Shown here: piece by piece, positions 13,655 to 27,876 of the stretch
Numbering within the stretch: the first letter of the stretch is position 1
How the letters are laid out: every line of letters starts with the position of its first letter
Origin: Mytilus californianus
Lineage: Eukaryota
Direction of reading: 5' to 3'
DNA: 64,000 nt
Assembly (NCBI RefSeq): GCF_021869535.1
Contig: NW_026262745.1
Span: 45,074,001-45,138,000, forward strand
Program-made: the position numbers and the translations under genes
The notes under the pieces: generated by a model
The model's database searches: none
What the model was told of the DNA's origin: nothing
What the model saw: the letters and a program-made list of their open reading frames with translations, nothing else

Positions 13655-13775
13655 CTTTATTATTGTGGTTCACGTGAAGTTCAGTAGAATTAATTTCACT
13701 ATCTTCTTGACTTTCTGTTGAAGATGGATTCTCAAATTGTAATGCTGTTCTTCGGACAAGAAAGGTCCTGGGCAT
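13655..13775 (-). CDS. ovo: ovo/OVOL coding exon 1 (SNAG motif MPRTFLVRR)
   Basis: ATG at 13775-13773 gives MPRTFLVRRTALQFENPSSTESQEDSEINSTELHVNHNNK+G. Donor G|GTATGT at 13654. The phase-1 end joins the AT of the 6251 exon to make Asp. Confidence 0.85.
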
Positions 13776-13889
13776 TTTGTGAACTGTCACATTGATGAAA
13801 ACTCTTTTCCTACGAAATGTCAATTTAACACTGAAAACATGAGGATTTTGTGGTTTGTAATAAGCGCCGTTCAGCTGATCAGTCGTCTC

Positions 13890-13945
13890 TGCGCAGGCGC
13901 ATCAAAATTAGCCATTCAACAATCGGGGTGTATTGATATGCAAAT
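13890..13945. promoter_or_regulatory. candidate ovo promoter motifs: NRF1/Ewg-like TGCGCAGGCGCA and octamer ATGCAAAT
   Basis: Motifs at 13890-13901 and 13938-13945, 115-170 bp upstream of the ovo ATG. The TSS is unknown, and a possible acceptor near 13832 means a non-coding exon may lie further upstream. Confidence 0.35.
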
Positions 13946-16900
13946 TAGTTTTTTGTAAATAGCGGTATTTTCAAGTGTGAAGAATTACCTCGTGGAAACC
14001 GTTGAAATGAATGAATGAAAAGATTAACAATAGAAACGGTAACAATTGTAACTTGAATTGTTATCGCGTTTATTTTGTAAATGTACACAATAATAGATTA
14101 TTTACCTGGCTGATTTGCTATTTACATAGGTAATGCAACGGCCCAAAAATTTCACAGGTTTTTGAATTGTTACATTTCTTTAATTGGATAAAGTAACCTT
14201 AAATCAATTTTGAAAACGGAAAGTCATTTTATTTCTTTAATTTCCTCAAAAAAGAAGTAAACATCCTTATAAACAGAGTTAAAGGGCAAACTTAGGTCAG
14301 TAAATAATGGTCTCTTCAGGGAATTGTTTGTTGGCCAGGAAATGAGAAAAATATCATGGGAATTATTGAATCAAAATTGATTTCTTTTGTGGTATTGGTT
14401 TCCGTTTAGAAATTACTATAATTCTATAAACGTTACCATGGTTTTCTGATCAAAAGATTTGATAATTTTTACACAGACACATTTAGAAAACATGCTTGTT
14501 ATTACGAAACTGTTTTAAAATACAAAGGGATATACCATGTTAATTTTATGTACATTAAGATTTTTTTAAAGAAGTAATTGAAACCCTTCTGACCGATTAT
14601 ATCCCCATTTATAAGAACATTGGAGATACGGTTTGTTAAACGGTGATGGACGGCTTCCTCTGTTTCTAAACGGGGTCCTATTTTAATGCGGACATTATGG
14701 ATTCAGAAATTATCAAATGTAACGGCTTGATTTTATATGTTTGCTCACATCTAATTTATTTAGTTTTAATGTCCATTCACCATTTCCTAACGAGATTAAA
14801 TCTGTTCGTGCATGTTGACTGGTTTACTCTTTAGTTTCTCTTGGATGAAGGAGAAAATAATCATCAAGCAAAACGTTTTTGTAAACCATCTATTTGGTTT
14901 CATACAATCAAGATCCCTTACAGAGATTGATAAACTTGCAATTTATATTCTTATAATTAATACGATTTTAAGAGGTCTTTGAATGGTTATTTTCTGGCAT
15001 CAACAAACTAAAAAGAACTACTGTATAACATCTCCTTATTCTATATCCGTATTTGTGAAATATTTTATTTTTTACTTTTTATCATAGACTCTGAGACTAA
15101 TATGTATAAATCAATCTAAAAGTTTCAAGTCGCTTTTACTATTGTTCTTGGTTTTTATTCATATATACACCCAAAATCTCGACTTCATTCTTTTTTTAAT
15201 TTATAAACTCTATCGATCCGAAATTCCGTTACTACGGACTCAAATCTGTGGAAAACTTCAAAGAAAAATTTCAAACTTTTGTTAATGAGACAATTTTTCA
15301 AATTTTATCAAGTGATTGTTCAATATTTGAGTAATTTCAGATCGATCAGCGATAACAATACTGTAAATAAATTGATTTATGGACTTTGTATACAATCAAT
15401 GATTGCCCGGTAAAATCAAAGTCCCGGATTGTAAAATATCCCTGTGTCCCCTGGACTTAATAAACTGGTTAACAACTTGTTTTACAATTTAATTGACTTT
15501 TCGTAGATATTCACTTCTGAACCCGTGGGTTAAACAGTGAGAAGAACTTGATTTCCTCTGTAAAACACGAATGATAAACTGTGTTTTGGTCATAAATTTG
15601 ATACACCCTATTGTTAGACGGTAATTTACATATATTAAGTTGGAATAAAATTAAAATTTTATGGTTTGTTTAATCTACATCAGGTTAAATTACCGTGAAA
15701 TGATTAAAATTGTATCTTATAATTATAGAAATTTGACGATAATTTTGGCAGCCATATGTTAATTCGATTTCCCTATCTCGAATTTAGAATCTGTACTTTC
15801 TGGGGCCACTTGTCTGCGAGTCATATCTTCACCGTTTTATAACTTAAATGAATTGTAAAATATAATTTTAACGTTTATTGAATTCACTGATTGGGTTATT
15901 CTGTTACTGGAAATATTTGAATATGGGAAGAAAACTGAAATACTATATGTCTCGTTTGGGTTAACATTAATTCCTGCATTAACTTTTGTTTGATCTAAAA
16001 GTCAAATAATTGCTTTACCGCTTATGAAATATTCTGACAATTTTGTTAAAAAGCTGTATGTACAGTTAACCCCCCCCCCTTTCTATACTTTATTTCTTGG
16101 AACTTTTGCCTGTGACTTTTTTCCTGCGACTTTTTATCCGTGACTTTATTTCCGTGACTTTTTTCTGTGACTTTTTTTTCTACATTCTTCCAGACATATA
16201 TAAAAGATACTTTCATCTACGTTTCTACGAAAGATTGTTGTTTGTTTTACGCCAAGTGGCAAATATTTCATGCACATTCAAATTGACAATAAACCAAATA
16301 GGTCGGTCCTGAAATAGAGGTCGACCAGGATGGAGGGCAGGAACTTTGGAATGCAACTGGAAACTGAGGGTATATTTGATAGCCATGGGGATCGAAGTTT
16401 GGCCTTTCAACAGGCCACCTACGGAACCCTCAAATATAGTTGTGGCAATGGTTCTTAATGTCCAATGAACGTGACAGTCTCGTAACACAAGGCATCGGAT
16501 TTAATTAAGTCCCGATTCTTACTAAACTTCCACGAAAGATGTATAACTTACTAGTTCTACGAAATTTTGTAAATTACAACATCTACATCAGGTTAAATTT
16601 CCGTGAAATATATGGTTAAACATTGTCGTTATATTTTCTTTTAAAAACAACTAATACAAAGCTTTGTAGATGTATGGATATACGTACTAGAGAGGACATA
16701 CATTTATAGGACAAAAGTTGCAGACAAAAGGTCACAATTCAATTTAAAATTATGTTTGCGTTGGTTAACAATATTTTTATATTTATATATATATACTTAT
16801 AGAATTCTGTTAAAAAAATCTATTGAAAACATAATATTATGATCCAATTTTATTGAGAAAAGCTGTAAGTTGGATAATTTTAGGAAATGGTGTCAAGAAA

Positions 16901-19289
16901 TATATACTTTGAAAGTCTAAAATTGATGAACTAAAAGTTTGTAAAGTTACTAATTCTGACATTTTGTCCTAACATTTTTTTGTTAAACCCCAAGGAATGA
17001 CTGGAGTTTAGAAATATGGAAATCCCGACTGTCATTAAATTCTTGCTAAGGTGGTGCGTTTGTTTGGCTTTCCCGGGATGTATAAATACGCATTCACGAA
17101 AGATCGGAACGGGGACATTAAATCCGATGCCTCTTGTAAGGTATCTGAGAAAGATTGTATCACACAATGAGCCTTACAAACATCGATTATACTTGATTAA
17201 TTGTTGTTTGCTTCTGTTCAGTGGCAAGTATTTCATCAAGAACGAGCATCTATATAAGATGAGTTGCATACTACTTTCATAATTATAAAGGTTTTAGTCT
17301 TAACCCGAGTCTGAGTGTAAATTCACGGTCTAATTTTTCAAATCGTCGACAAAGGCTTATTTTATGCAAATCGTTGATTTTTGTCCTGAAGTAATTTTGT
17401 TTGCAAACCTAGCTACTTAAACAAACTATTTTCAGGAACAAAAATGGATAATGTATATCTATTTCAGAGATCAGACCTTTGTGTAGCCAAAATACTAAAA
17501 CAATAAATTATCCGATTCGCCCTTTTGAACTAAAAGCATCAGTTCCACGAAACACACAAACTTCAGAGTCCACAACAAGAGAACAGAATTTTACGGTTAT
17601 TGGAAGACAGGGAGTCAGGACAACACAATAATCAATTACTAGTAAGCAGGGGTTGAAATTTTGAAATTTTGAATATATACAAAAGAGGCCTGGAATGTCT
17701 CGGGTATAAAGGCTGCCCGGCATTTCTCTGGATCTACATCGAAATGATTGCATAAGGTCATTTTGCATTTTGAAAGCCGGGTAATCAACGGTAATCAAAG
17801 CACATTATAGTTTTTCATCGAAATCACATTTTTATACTTTTGTTCCACTAAATGTCAACGTTTAACAGCTTGACAGGCCATTTTTACTGGCTTAGTGTAA
17901 TAATCTCAAAAAGACCTATAATCAGAAAGGTCAATTTTGCCTGAGGCAGATGCTCAGTTTTACGTAGTAATTAAAAGTGCTGCACCCAAAGAGGACAGGA
18001 GAAGAGTTAAAAGTACATTTCTTTTTTGAAAATTTACTTCGGTACAGGTGTGTATTCCGTGCAAAGCCGACACATTTTATAGTTTCAAACCTTTAAATGA
18101 CTTCCTTCTTGGCCTATCTGAGCCCAAGCCTTCAAACCAAATATAACATCATTCTTTAGGTAGATGAAATTTTGATATTGGCAACGTTATTGAAAGATCT
18201 ACAACCTTTATAAGTTTAAAAGTAATTGTGATACCTGGGATCTTTGTGTAAATTTTGATACGAAAAACATTTTTTTTTCTCCAAAATGTAGCTAGACTAC
18301 CACTAAATCTGAGTTCTGAATATAAAAGGCTTTAAATCGTTAACTATTTAAATTACCTTGGATTGATATATTTTTCTAGAACTGGTAAATTAGCTCGGAC
18401 GTAACCCTTTGAGTAAAGATATTATAATACTGAGCTGAAATTTTAAAGAACAAACACATTTAGTTGTGTTTCTTTTATATAAAAAATAAGAAGCACTTGC
18501 ACGTTTTAACTCGTAGGCTTAGATATATATATATATAATGAACGAATGTAGTTTGTCTCTCACATGATTTATCAGGCCTAATATGATGACAACTGTCTTT
18601 AAATTACAGTTGAGGGTTGGCGCCTTAATTCAAACATGTTTTACCCCGCCACATTCTGTATGTGCCTGTCAAAGTCTGGAGCCTGTAATTCAGTGGCTGT
18701 CGTTTGTATCTGTATATCATATTTGTTTTTCGTCAATTGTTTTGTATATAAATCAGGCCGTTGGTTTTTTCGTTTGACTTATTTTACATTTGTCATTTCG
18801 GGGCCTTTTTTTAGGTGACTATGCGGTAAGAGTTTTGCTCATTGTTGAAGATCGTAAGTTGACCTATAGTTGAAAATATCTGTCATATGGTCTCTGGTGA
18901 AGAGTTGTCTGAATGGCATTCACACTGCACCTTCCTATTTTTACATAATCACTTTTGGGAATTCAATTGTAAATAATCATTCTGATAGAAAACAGAACTT
19001 CTGAATTATGCAACTTATAATATTAGGGATTAATATCCATACCATGTTTCACTGCTGATAAGAGAGCTTCTTTGGACAGCAAATATATTAATAACTGTAA
19101 TGCTTCTAAGTTGAGACCTGATCATCAGTGTCTTATGACTTTAATCATCTTAACTGAAAAAAACACCTTTGTAAATTTTTAGAATCATGAAATAAGGGTG
19201 TGTTCTCTGAGTTAATATATGTGACTTTTATTTGTAAACTTCACGTATATTGTTAGGGATTTTATTTTGCAAAAAAAACCTCGATAGAG

Positions 19290-19435
19290 ATATGAGGTTT
19301 ATAATTTTGTACGCCAGACGCGCGTTTCGTTTATAAAAGACTCATCAGAGACGCTAGAATAAAACAATTTAAAAGCCCAAGTAAAGAAGAAAGTTGAAAG
19401 TTGAAAAGCATTGAGAATAAAACAAATTCCAAAAC
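19290..19435 (-). mobile_element. degenerate retrozyme fragment with hammerhead core
   Basis: Minus strand reads gcgtctCTGATGAgtcttttataaacGAAAcgcgcGTCtggcg, with one mismatch each in stems I and II. Confidence 0.75.
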
Positions 19436-22364
19436 AATGTTTTATCAGGATGGTGAACCACTAAACACACAGATTCTAGGACTTGCTTTTTGTAATATTA
19501 TGTGTCTCGATCAGTAGGTCGTGCTAATTTTTTCCTCCACATGGAAGTAGAACCTATTTATGAGTTAACGTGTAAGCTTCAGACAGTCAGTTCCTGAAAG
19601 AATAGAAAGCATTTAGAGAAAAAATGTTGATCGTTATCCAAACAAAGGAAAGACAACTGACAAGTATAATATCGATTTTGACGTAGAGATTTTCAATTTG
19701 CAGATGATTTGGTCCCACATCTTTTCTAATAAGTGAAATTAAGAATCTCTTACAAGATGCCAGTTTAAGTGATCTTTGTTTTAAGATTCATAAATAAATG
19801 TCAGTAAATAAAAAAATAGATGCTAGATTACATTTCAATAACAATTTTCGAAACAACACATCAGTTTCATTATTATTAAGTATAATGTAGTTATAGTATT
19901 GACTGCAATGTGAAATATTATAAAAGTAAAGCTAAATATATTTTTTGGTTTAAAATTCAAAATAAGAGGATTGTTACGAAATTTGACATTTAACAGTATA
20001 ATAGTCCCAGGTTTTACTTTGTACATTTCATAGTGAATGAAATTCGTCTTCAGAAAGAATAGACATGGGATCAAAAATATAATTATCTTAATTATTTTGT
20101 ATATATAAATATTAAAAATACGCATGTTTATTTTTCCTTATTAAAAATAACATATATCTTATTTGTAAACATTGATAAAATCATTTCCGGGAAGGAGACA
20201 AACTGTACAAATGGCACGATAATTAAGTCAAAATTTACTTATTAAAGATCCTTACACGATAAGTATTGGCAACTGAAAAGATTATTAAAAATTCTATGTT
20301 TTTGGACCAATTAACCGTTATATTATTTACTAATCACATCTGCCTAACTGGGTGTCAAACTTCTACAAATATTGATATAACGTTATCTATTGTTGTTCAT
20401 AATAACCATGTTAACGCCATACCCTCTAGGTTTTACGGTACGAAATCTGATACATGCATGTACAACATGCAAGACATATACATTGTAGGACAATAAAAAA
20501 TTGCTCGTAGCGTTAATAATTCATAAATAATCTTCAATTCGAGTTTTACCGTAAATAAAATTGAATTGATTGTGAATGATTTTTTATCTAAAAATAGTTC
20601 GGTTGAAGTTGTGTTAATGCTTGTTATGAGTCCACTTTCTGGTCGATTTTGATGGACTGAAGTCAGAAATAAACAAACAAAATGTTTCTTTAAATTTATC
20701 CTTTTAAAGTCATGAAATAATAGGATTTTTAATAAAGCCTTATTCTATTATATGTTTATATGTCATATATCATGCTTGGTTCAAAATAAAAATAAAATAA
20801 TTTTAAATATGTAATGTGCAAAATATGATTTTTAACAGAAATGATTATAATTGAGAAAAAAAATGTTTCAGGCATTTTGTTATGTTTCATTTGTTACGGA
20901 TGTGTTATATTCTTGTGAGAGTTTGAATATCATTCGTCTTCCCAAAATAAATCAGACGTTACTAGGTTTGCCATCCGATCGGATCAAACATCCTCGGTTG
21001 TTTCGTGCATGGTTTGTAAAAATTTTGAAGACTGAAAAGTCTGGTTCTAGAACTGCCTCAGGTGGCCATACATTTTTCCTGGACGAAACTTTAGATTTTT
21101 TAGACATTGGATTTCATAAAGTGCTCTCCATCAGTTCTTTCTGCAATCATGTTTGTCGCAATTCCCATAGTTGTAAAGCAAAGGGATGGCGAAAATGTAG
21201 TAAGCAGACGGATCGACGGACACCAATTGTTAACAATAGCTTACACTGACTCATTTAGCCAGACGAGCTCAGGACAGTTTGCTGAATCATATACATTTTG
21301 TTTTAAAGAGGATGTTTCATGATTAAATTATTTACCGGTTTTGATATCATTTTGATTGGCCCTTCTTCCTACTTTTTCATTTTATTCGTTTTGATATTTA
21401 GAAATTAAATGATCACTTGGGTAAAATTATGATTATAAAATAAAATTTACGACACCTCTTAAGGATTGAACTGTTACGTATAGTGTCAGAGGTTACATAT
21501 TTCCGGAGGATATTTAGCAACTTGTGAATGTTAAATACTCCAATAAAATAATAAACTGAAATCTTTATTATACATCAGCATGTCAAAATTTGTAAAAATT
21601 ATGATATTGAACAAAAATAAAGATTTCAAAAAATGATATTAAAATGTCATTCATGTCGAAATGCAGAAGATTTTCATCGTAACAAAATTTTAATGTTATA
21701 AACATTTCTTAATATAAAGATAAAAGTATTTGGTATGTTTGTCAATGGAGGGAGTGAACAGGGGTAAGGGAACATGGTAATCAGGTGGCGGAAAAGGGGG
21801 AGTAAAAATAGGATATTCTGGGGAAAATTTTGAGCAATTTTTCGTCTTGGAGTATTGGGGAGGGAAGTGGGAGTAGGGGAAGGAAGCGGAAATCAGGGAC
21901 CTTTCCACCCCTCTCAATGAGCAAGCTATCAACCATGGGCCAAAGGAAGAGGATGTAAACAACTATATAGTGCACTATACGGCCTTTAACAATGAGCATA
22001 ACCAATACGCATAGAAAGCGATAAAAGGACCCGGTATGACAATACTTGAAACCATTCAAATGAGAAAACCAACGGCCTGATTTAATGCACACACAAAAAA
22101 ACAACAAACGAAAAACAAATAAGACAGACAGCAACCAACGATAACCACTGAATTACAGGCACATACAGAATGTGCCGGGGTTACGGACCTGTTTACCTTT
22201 TCAATGCAACCTATCATTTTTTGTAATTCTATTTTATTTCATTGTAATCGTTTTATCAAAAAAAAAATGCCTTAGCCTCGTGATCTACTGTTAAATATCA
22301 GATTTAGCATCGCCAAAACGACTGAATTATCAACGTTTGAAATGAAATGAATAACACAAGTTTG

Positions 22365-22404
<40 letters not shown>

Positions 22405-23389
22405 ATTGATAGATTGATTGCTGTTTGTTTAACGCCCACTGACTGATATCAAACGTCTTTGTCACATGTTGCCAGTATTATGTTCGATTTGTTAAAATTC
22501 ATTCCGTCCTTCTTTTCTCGTTTGTAACCGTTTTTCGATTTTTTTCATCTTCTAGCATTTAACACTAACTGAATTCAAACAGAAATGCAAAGCATATGAC
22601 AAAATTATTTTTAATTGACAACAACACATATTAGTATATAATATATAGACCAAACGTTTTGTCAAGTAATAAAGGTAAAGGCCATCTATGGTAAACCAAA
22701 AAAACCAGACATTTCTTTTTGCAATGCCTGTTAATTTCATACAGAATTTCAAATTATAAGAGCCAAATTTCAAAAAATACTGACCAAAGACTTTTATTTC
22801 AGATTCTACAATTATAACAATCGTAGTGCTTACGGAACTTTTTTCGGTTAAACTATTCACCAGTAACGCCAAAATGCATTAAAAGATTGGAGCAACAAAA
22901 CAAATGATAACCGAAAGAACAGGCAAAAAATAGACCAACTTCGTGATGGAGAGTATCACCTTAACCAAATTATACCTACTTAATTTATAAATCAAAATTT
23001 ACAATCAAAATGTATCATTTAAAACGTGTCAGTATCGAAACTCTGACTTCTGGCAACTTGCAGTTTTGATCAGGAGCAAATTTCTGTGTAGTTATAGACG
23101 TGTTATTGTTGTCATGTATTATTCCAAATATTTGGTACACTTAGAGTCCTGGCGCCTAAACTCTAAAACTGTATTTCTTTTAAATGAAGACAAAATTTAC
23201 AATACTTACAACGTGTTTCCCTCGGTTTTAGTTTGTGGCCCGGATTTGTTTTTTCTCGGTCGATTTATGAATTTCGAATAGCGGTATACTACTGTTGCCT
23301 TTATTTACATTGACGAGCACGATATGATTATTGAACCTTTCATATTACTCATGTAAAGCTCTGATACCTTGCCCAATTTTGCCTATACT

Positions 23390-23530
23390 TTTTTGTCCTT
23401 TTTGGTTTAGACGCTCTTCATATGTTCAATATAAGCTTTGGATTTTCAAATATTATGGCATCGATCATCACTGAAGAGACATGTATGTCGAAATGCGCAT
23501 CTGGTCCAGAACAATTGGTACTGTTAATGT
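23390..23530 (+). ncRNA. variant retrozyme with type I hammerhead ribozyme (core 23467-23505)
   Basis: atca-CTGAAGA-gaca(tgta)tgtc-GAAA-t(gcgc)a-TC-tggt. All three stems pair. Predicted cleavage after C23501 (AUC triplet). Confidence 0.75.
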
Positions 23531-24729
23531 TATCATCATTATTAATTTAATTTACATTAAAAAAATACCCTAAATTAGTGAGGTATATATATAACTCAGG
23601 ACCTACATGTATATATATTATACACTATATTTATTATGGAAACAGAAATAATTTATAATTCATTTACAAAATTTTGATATTAGGAAGATTAATCGTTTTT
23701 TCTTTAATAATTCAATCCATTCAGTTTTCATTATCTTTTTGCCAAAAAGTAACTGAATCTTCACACAAAAGCAGGTCTAATTACATTCCTATAAATATGT
23801 TTCAGATGTGTAAAAGATTTCATTTAATTCTTTAATTTACTCTTTTAACACGAAAATGACCCTGTTAGCCCACTTAATAAGGAAAATGCAGCTAATTTAA
23901 GGTGTAAATTAAAACTTAATTTTAACAAGTTTCGATGGCCCTTAGGAATTCTTAACAATATTTAAGACTAATAAGACCAGGTTTTACCAGTTTAATAGAT
24001 CAACACCTTTTTAAAAGGCTACTTCAAAGGGGTTTCTGATAATCCTACCAGACAAAAGAAACATTTGTCGACAGGTTTTGAATATTTATATAACTTTTTT
24101 TATGGCTTTATATTTAATAATTTTACTCTTTAACATATGGACTTTCTAACTTTATTAATTTAAATATGAAAAAAAGGAACCGAGCAGTAATCTTTGCCAA
24201 AGGATTAAATCATATATTATCTGAGGCGATTTAATCCCATATTTATATGCACACGGCTAACTAACTCAGCTCCTGTAATTGCATCAAAATTGAAATAAGA
24301 ATCATATATATTAGATTTTTTTTCATTTTACGTCCAGTAGCAGATATTTCATGCACATTCAGGACAAGAACAATTAAAACAAAAATCTAAAATGTACGTT
24401 CGTCAAAGTTTTGTGAACCAAATAAACGCTTATTTCTACTGCCACAGAGATATAAGGGTATGTTTGTTGCAGGGGAAGAACTTTGCCTAGCAAAAGGCTA
24501 TATATAGATCACTCAAATAGTTCTTGTATGGTACCTCTAGCGTGCATAGTTGACATTTGTCTTCGTGAGATATCAGATTACAGTTTTTTCCAATTCGGCC
24601 GGACGTCACTGCGTTTTTATACATCCCAAACATTCAGCCAAACTCACCACCCTTTTTAGCATGTGTTCTACAGCCGGATTGGAGAAAATCAAGGATGACC
24701 ATATATCTATACCGCAGACCAATACTTAG

Positions 24730-24955
24730 TGGGTCTCATTGGGGTCTAAGCGTGACGCGGGATTGCCGATTTTTTGTAAGCGTGACACGTGAAAGTCAAA
24801 TTATTGTGCCGTGAAAACAGGAAATGAAGTCTAGCAGGACACGGGAAATTAAAAAAAAAAATGAGAATTGCTTACGTACATAGTGTAAGCGGGATACGGG
24901 AATCTGACAAAACAGTAAGCGGGATCCGGGATCAGAACCCCCCAATGAGACCCCC
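24730..24955. mobile_element. MITE with 14-bp TIRs and 7-bp TSD (superfamily not assigned)
   Basis: gggtctcattgggg (24731) / ccccaatgagaccc (24940). tacttag is duplicated at 24723-24729 and 24956-24962. Confidence 0.8.
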
Positions 24956-27084
24956 TACTTAGGCATATTTGTAACCATTTTATATACTTACACACAAACC
25001 AACTCTATCTTCCAAAATTATGAAATTGACTCTAACAAGATGTTTTTAAATACCAAAAAGACTTAAAATATATACTTATGCCTATTTCAAGAAGAATCAA
25101 TGCTAATAAGCAATCTGATTAAAATTCAGACCAATATTAACTCGCGTGCTCGTACATCAGAGAACTATATTTTAATTAGATTGTGCTAATAAGCAGAAAA
25201 TCTAAGCATTTTATTTTGCATATAAGAACAGCTATATATATTTAGTTTTAAATGGTTCAGTATGGGGAAAGAAAACAACTTTCACGCACACAATGGCCGA
25301 TGTAAAATACTACGACCTTGGCAGTTAGGTTAGAACGACCTCATCTGAATACATTTATTCAAAATTTATTACCCTAAAGAAAATTTGTAAAATAATAATG
25401 TCAATTTTTTTATCCATTTGTCAAGATTGTTGCTAAATTGATCATTAGTTTTTAAAAGACAAGGTCAGCGTTTAATCCGAGATTTTATGTAACCTCTGCC
25501 CCGCACCTGGTTTTAACAAACACATTAACAAAGTTTGATGCCTACAAATGAGCTGTTATGCATTAAGTACTGCAATGTAACAGGTGACAATGTCTTAATC
25601 ATTGAATCACAAATAGAATTTTGTCACGTTACTATCATTTTTACAAAGATCATCGTTTATCGAGGTGCTTTGGGCATTACTTCTTAGAAAAATACTATTC
25701 TGCTCTTTGGTCGGGTTGTTGTCTCTTTGACACATTCCCCGTTTCCATTCTCAATTTTGTTCTCCATGAAAAAATCAATTTCGAACCCCCTCCGATTACT
25801 TATCCCACATCCCTTTCCAAGAAGTATGACGAAGGCTCTGGTTTTCATTGGTTAAATTTAGTGCGCTTCATCTATTCTTTTCCGCACTAATACAATGATA
25901 GCGGATTTATTCCTCTTTGTTCCTGGAGAGGCATGGTCATTACAACAACCTATATATTTACTCTAACGCCTGTTCTGTTGAAGATTTATGTATCATTATT
26001 ATGTTATACTTATATGAAATTTATAATGGTCATTTTTTTTGGGGTGTGTATTTTTAATTATTCGGTTTTATATAAACGAAAAGAGACATATACAACAAAA
26101 ACAACACTTGAATAGGAACTCCGTTTATAGATATTCAAATATATATAATCTTGGAATTACAAGCAGTTCCTGCTAAAATGACATTGTTCTGTCCAGCTTT
26201 TAGTTTATATGGTAATGTTATTCCTCTTAAATGTCGATTTAAGCTTCGTATAACATGTAACCGTCTTGTTTTTTTACGTAAAGTTCTATAGAAATAATGC
26301 CTCTGTCGTATTTCTTGCGGATGAAACTATATATCTGAGAATAATGTTTCGATTTTTTTGTATCGTAAAGGCTTTTATGCTAAAACAAGCATGCGTTTCA
26401 AGCATCTTAAAATTGCTTTACCTTTGTAGAATGATAGAAGAGACCATAACTCACGATATATATATGTTGTATATGATAACATCCTCGTATTGTATCAGCT
26501 ATTCTGTTTTTGTGCACTTTTCATTTAAAGTTTCCATTTCGCTTTGGAACCTTAGTTTATACATTTGCACCATATAGTTTTTTTTTAGTACAAGAATTGG
26601 CTGAAGCTCGTAATAAATGGTTAGAAAAATCCCATATATACAGTCAATGAAACCAGATAAGGTTTTAAGTTTTTTCTATTACCTATTTAGGGAACCTAAC
26701 AGAGCTCACTCTTATATTCCACTAAATGTACGTTAACTGCGCTCACAAGTATGGGGGAGTTGGATTACGGGAACGACCTGAATAAGGAAAACATAAAAAA
26801 CCAAGAAACACTCTGGTAAAGTGCACCTGGATTTAAAAAACAAAAGATAATAAAATGGAAAAAAAATGAAATAAAAACATAGAGAGAGCAATTTGTTAAT
26901 GTTTCTTTTTCTTAGCATCACATTAGTTACCTAGGAATATCTAAGTTGTTGCAGCAATGTAAATGTCAGCCATTTCAGTCTGTGTATGTTCTTATTTCCA
27001 AACATTAGACCGACTTACCCGCAGACTAATTTTTACGATGTTACATTTGAAAACGACATACCGAAGAGCCTGGAAGTTAAACTG

Positions 27085-27876
27085 GAGGCTCTAAAGAGCC
27101 TGTGTCGCCCGCCTAGGTCTATGTGCATTTTCAACAATGGTCACTCACCAACATTGTAGACTAGAATAGAATTATGACCAAAATCTCTTATATGTTGATC
27201 TGGTATTGCTGATAATTTTTTCTGTTTACTAGTAGTTTCTCTCTATCTTCTTTAATTTTTGCCCAAAACACAAAAGAGGGTACAGACATTGTTATTTAAG
27301 GACAGCTACTCCTAGAAACAGTCCAATAACTATATTGGTAAACTTTTTGACTTATTTGTAGATCTTGTCTTGCTGATAATTTTTGCTACTTAAAGTGTGT
27401 ACTTATCTATCATAGTTTTCAAGATAACAAGAAAAAACACTAGAAATAGGTAAAAATTGTCATTAAAGACCAATAACTCCAATAACGAGTCGACTGAAGA
27501 TTTCGGCCATTATAGATATTTATATATCTTCTCATGCTGATCATTTTTGCTTTTAAAGTTTTCTATCTATCTATTGTATTTTCAAAGATATAATGCACAA
27601 ATCGTTATCAAAGGGCTATAACTCTAATAAGGTGTCGTCTGACGATTTCGGAAATGTTTGACTTATTTGTATATCGTGTCTTGCTGATCATTTTTGCTAT
27701 TCAAAGTTTCTCTCTATCTATTATAATTTTCTCTATTTAAAGCGGTTTTTAAAATAACAGACAAAACTTGCATTTGACCCCTATGTTTAATTTTAGCCAT
27801 GTTGGCCATCTTGGTTAGTAGGCGGGGTCATCGGACACATTTTTAAACTAGATAATTCGGGCCAGGTGAGCTAAAA
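27085..27876 (-). mobile_element. non-autonomous Helentron-like element (HINE/pearl type)
   Basis: Terminal hairpin gaggctct-a-aagagcct at one end and caggtgagctaaaa at the other, with internal diverged tandem repeats (ttgacttatttgta...tcttgctgat). Confidence 0.6.
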
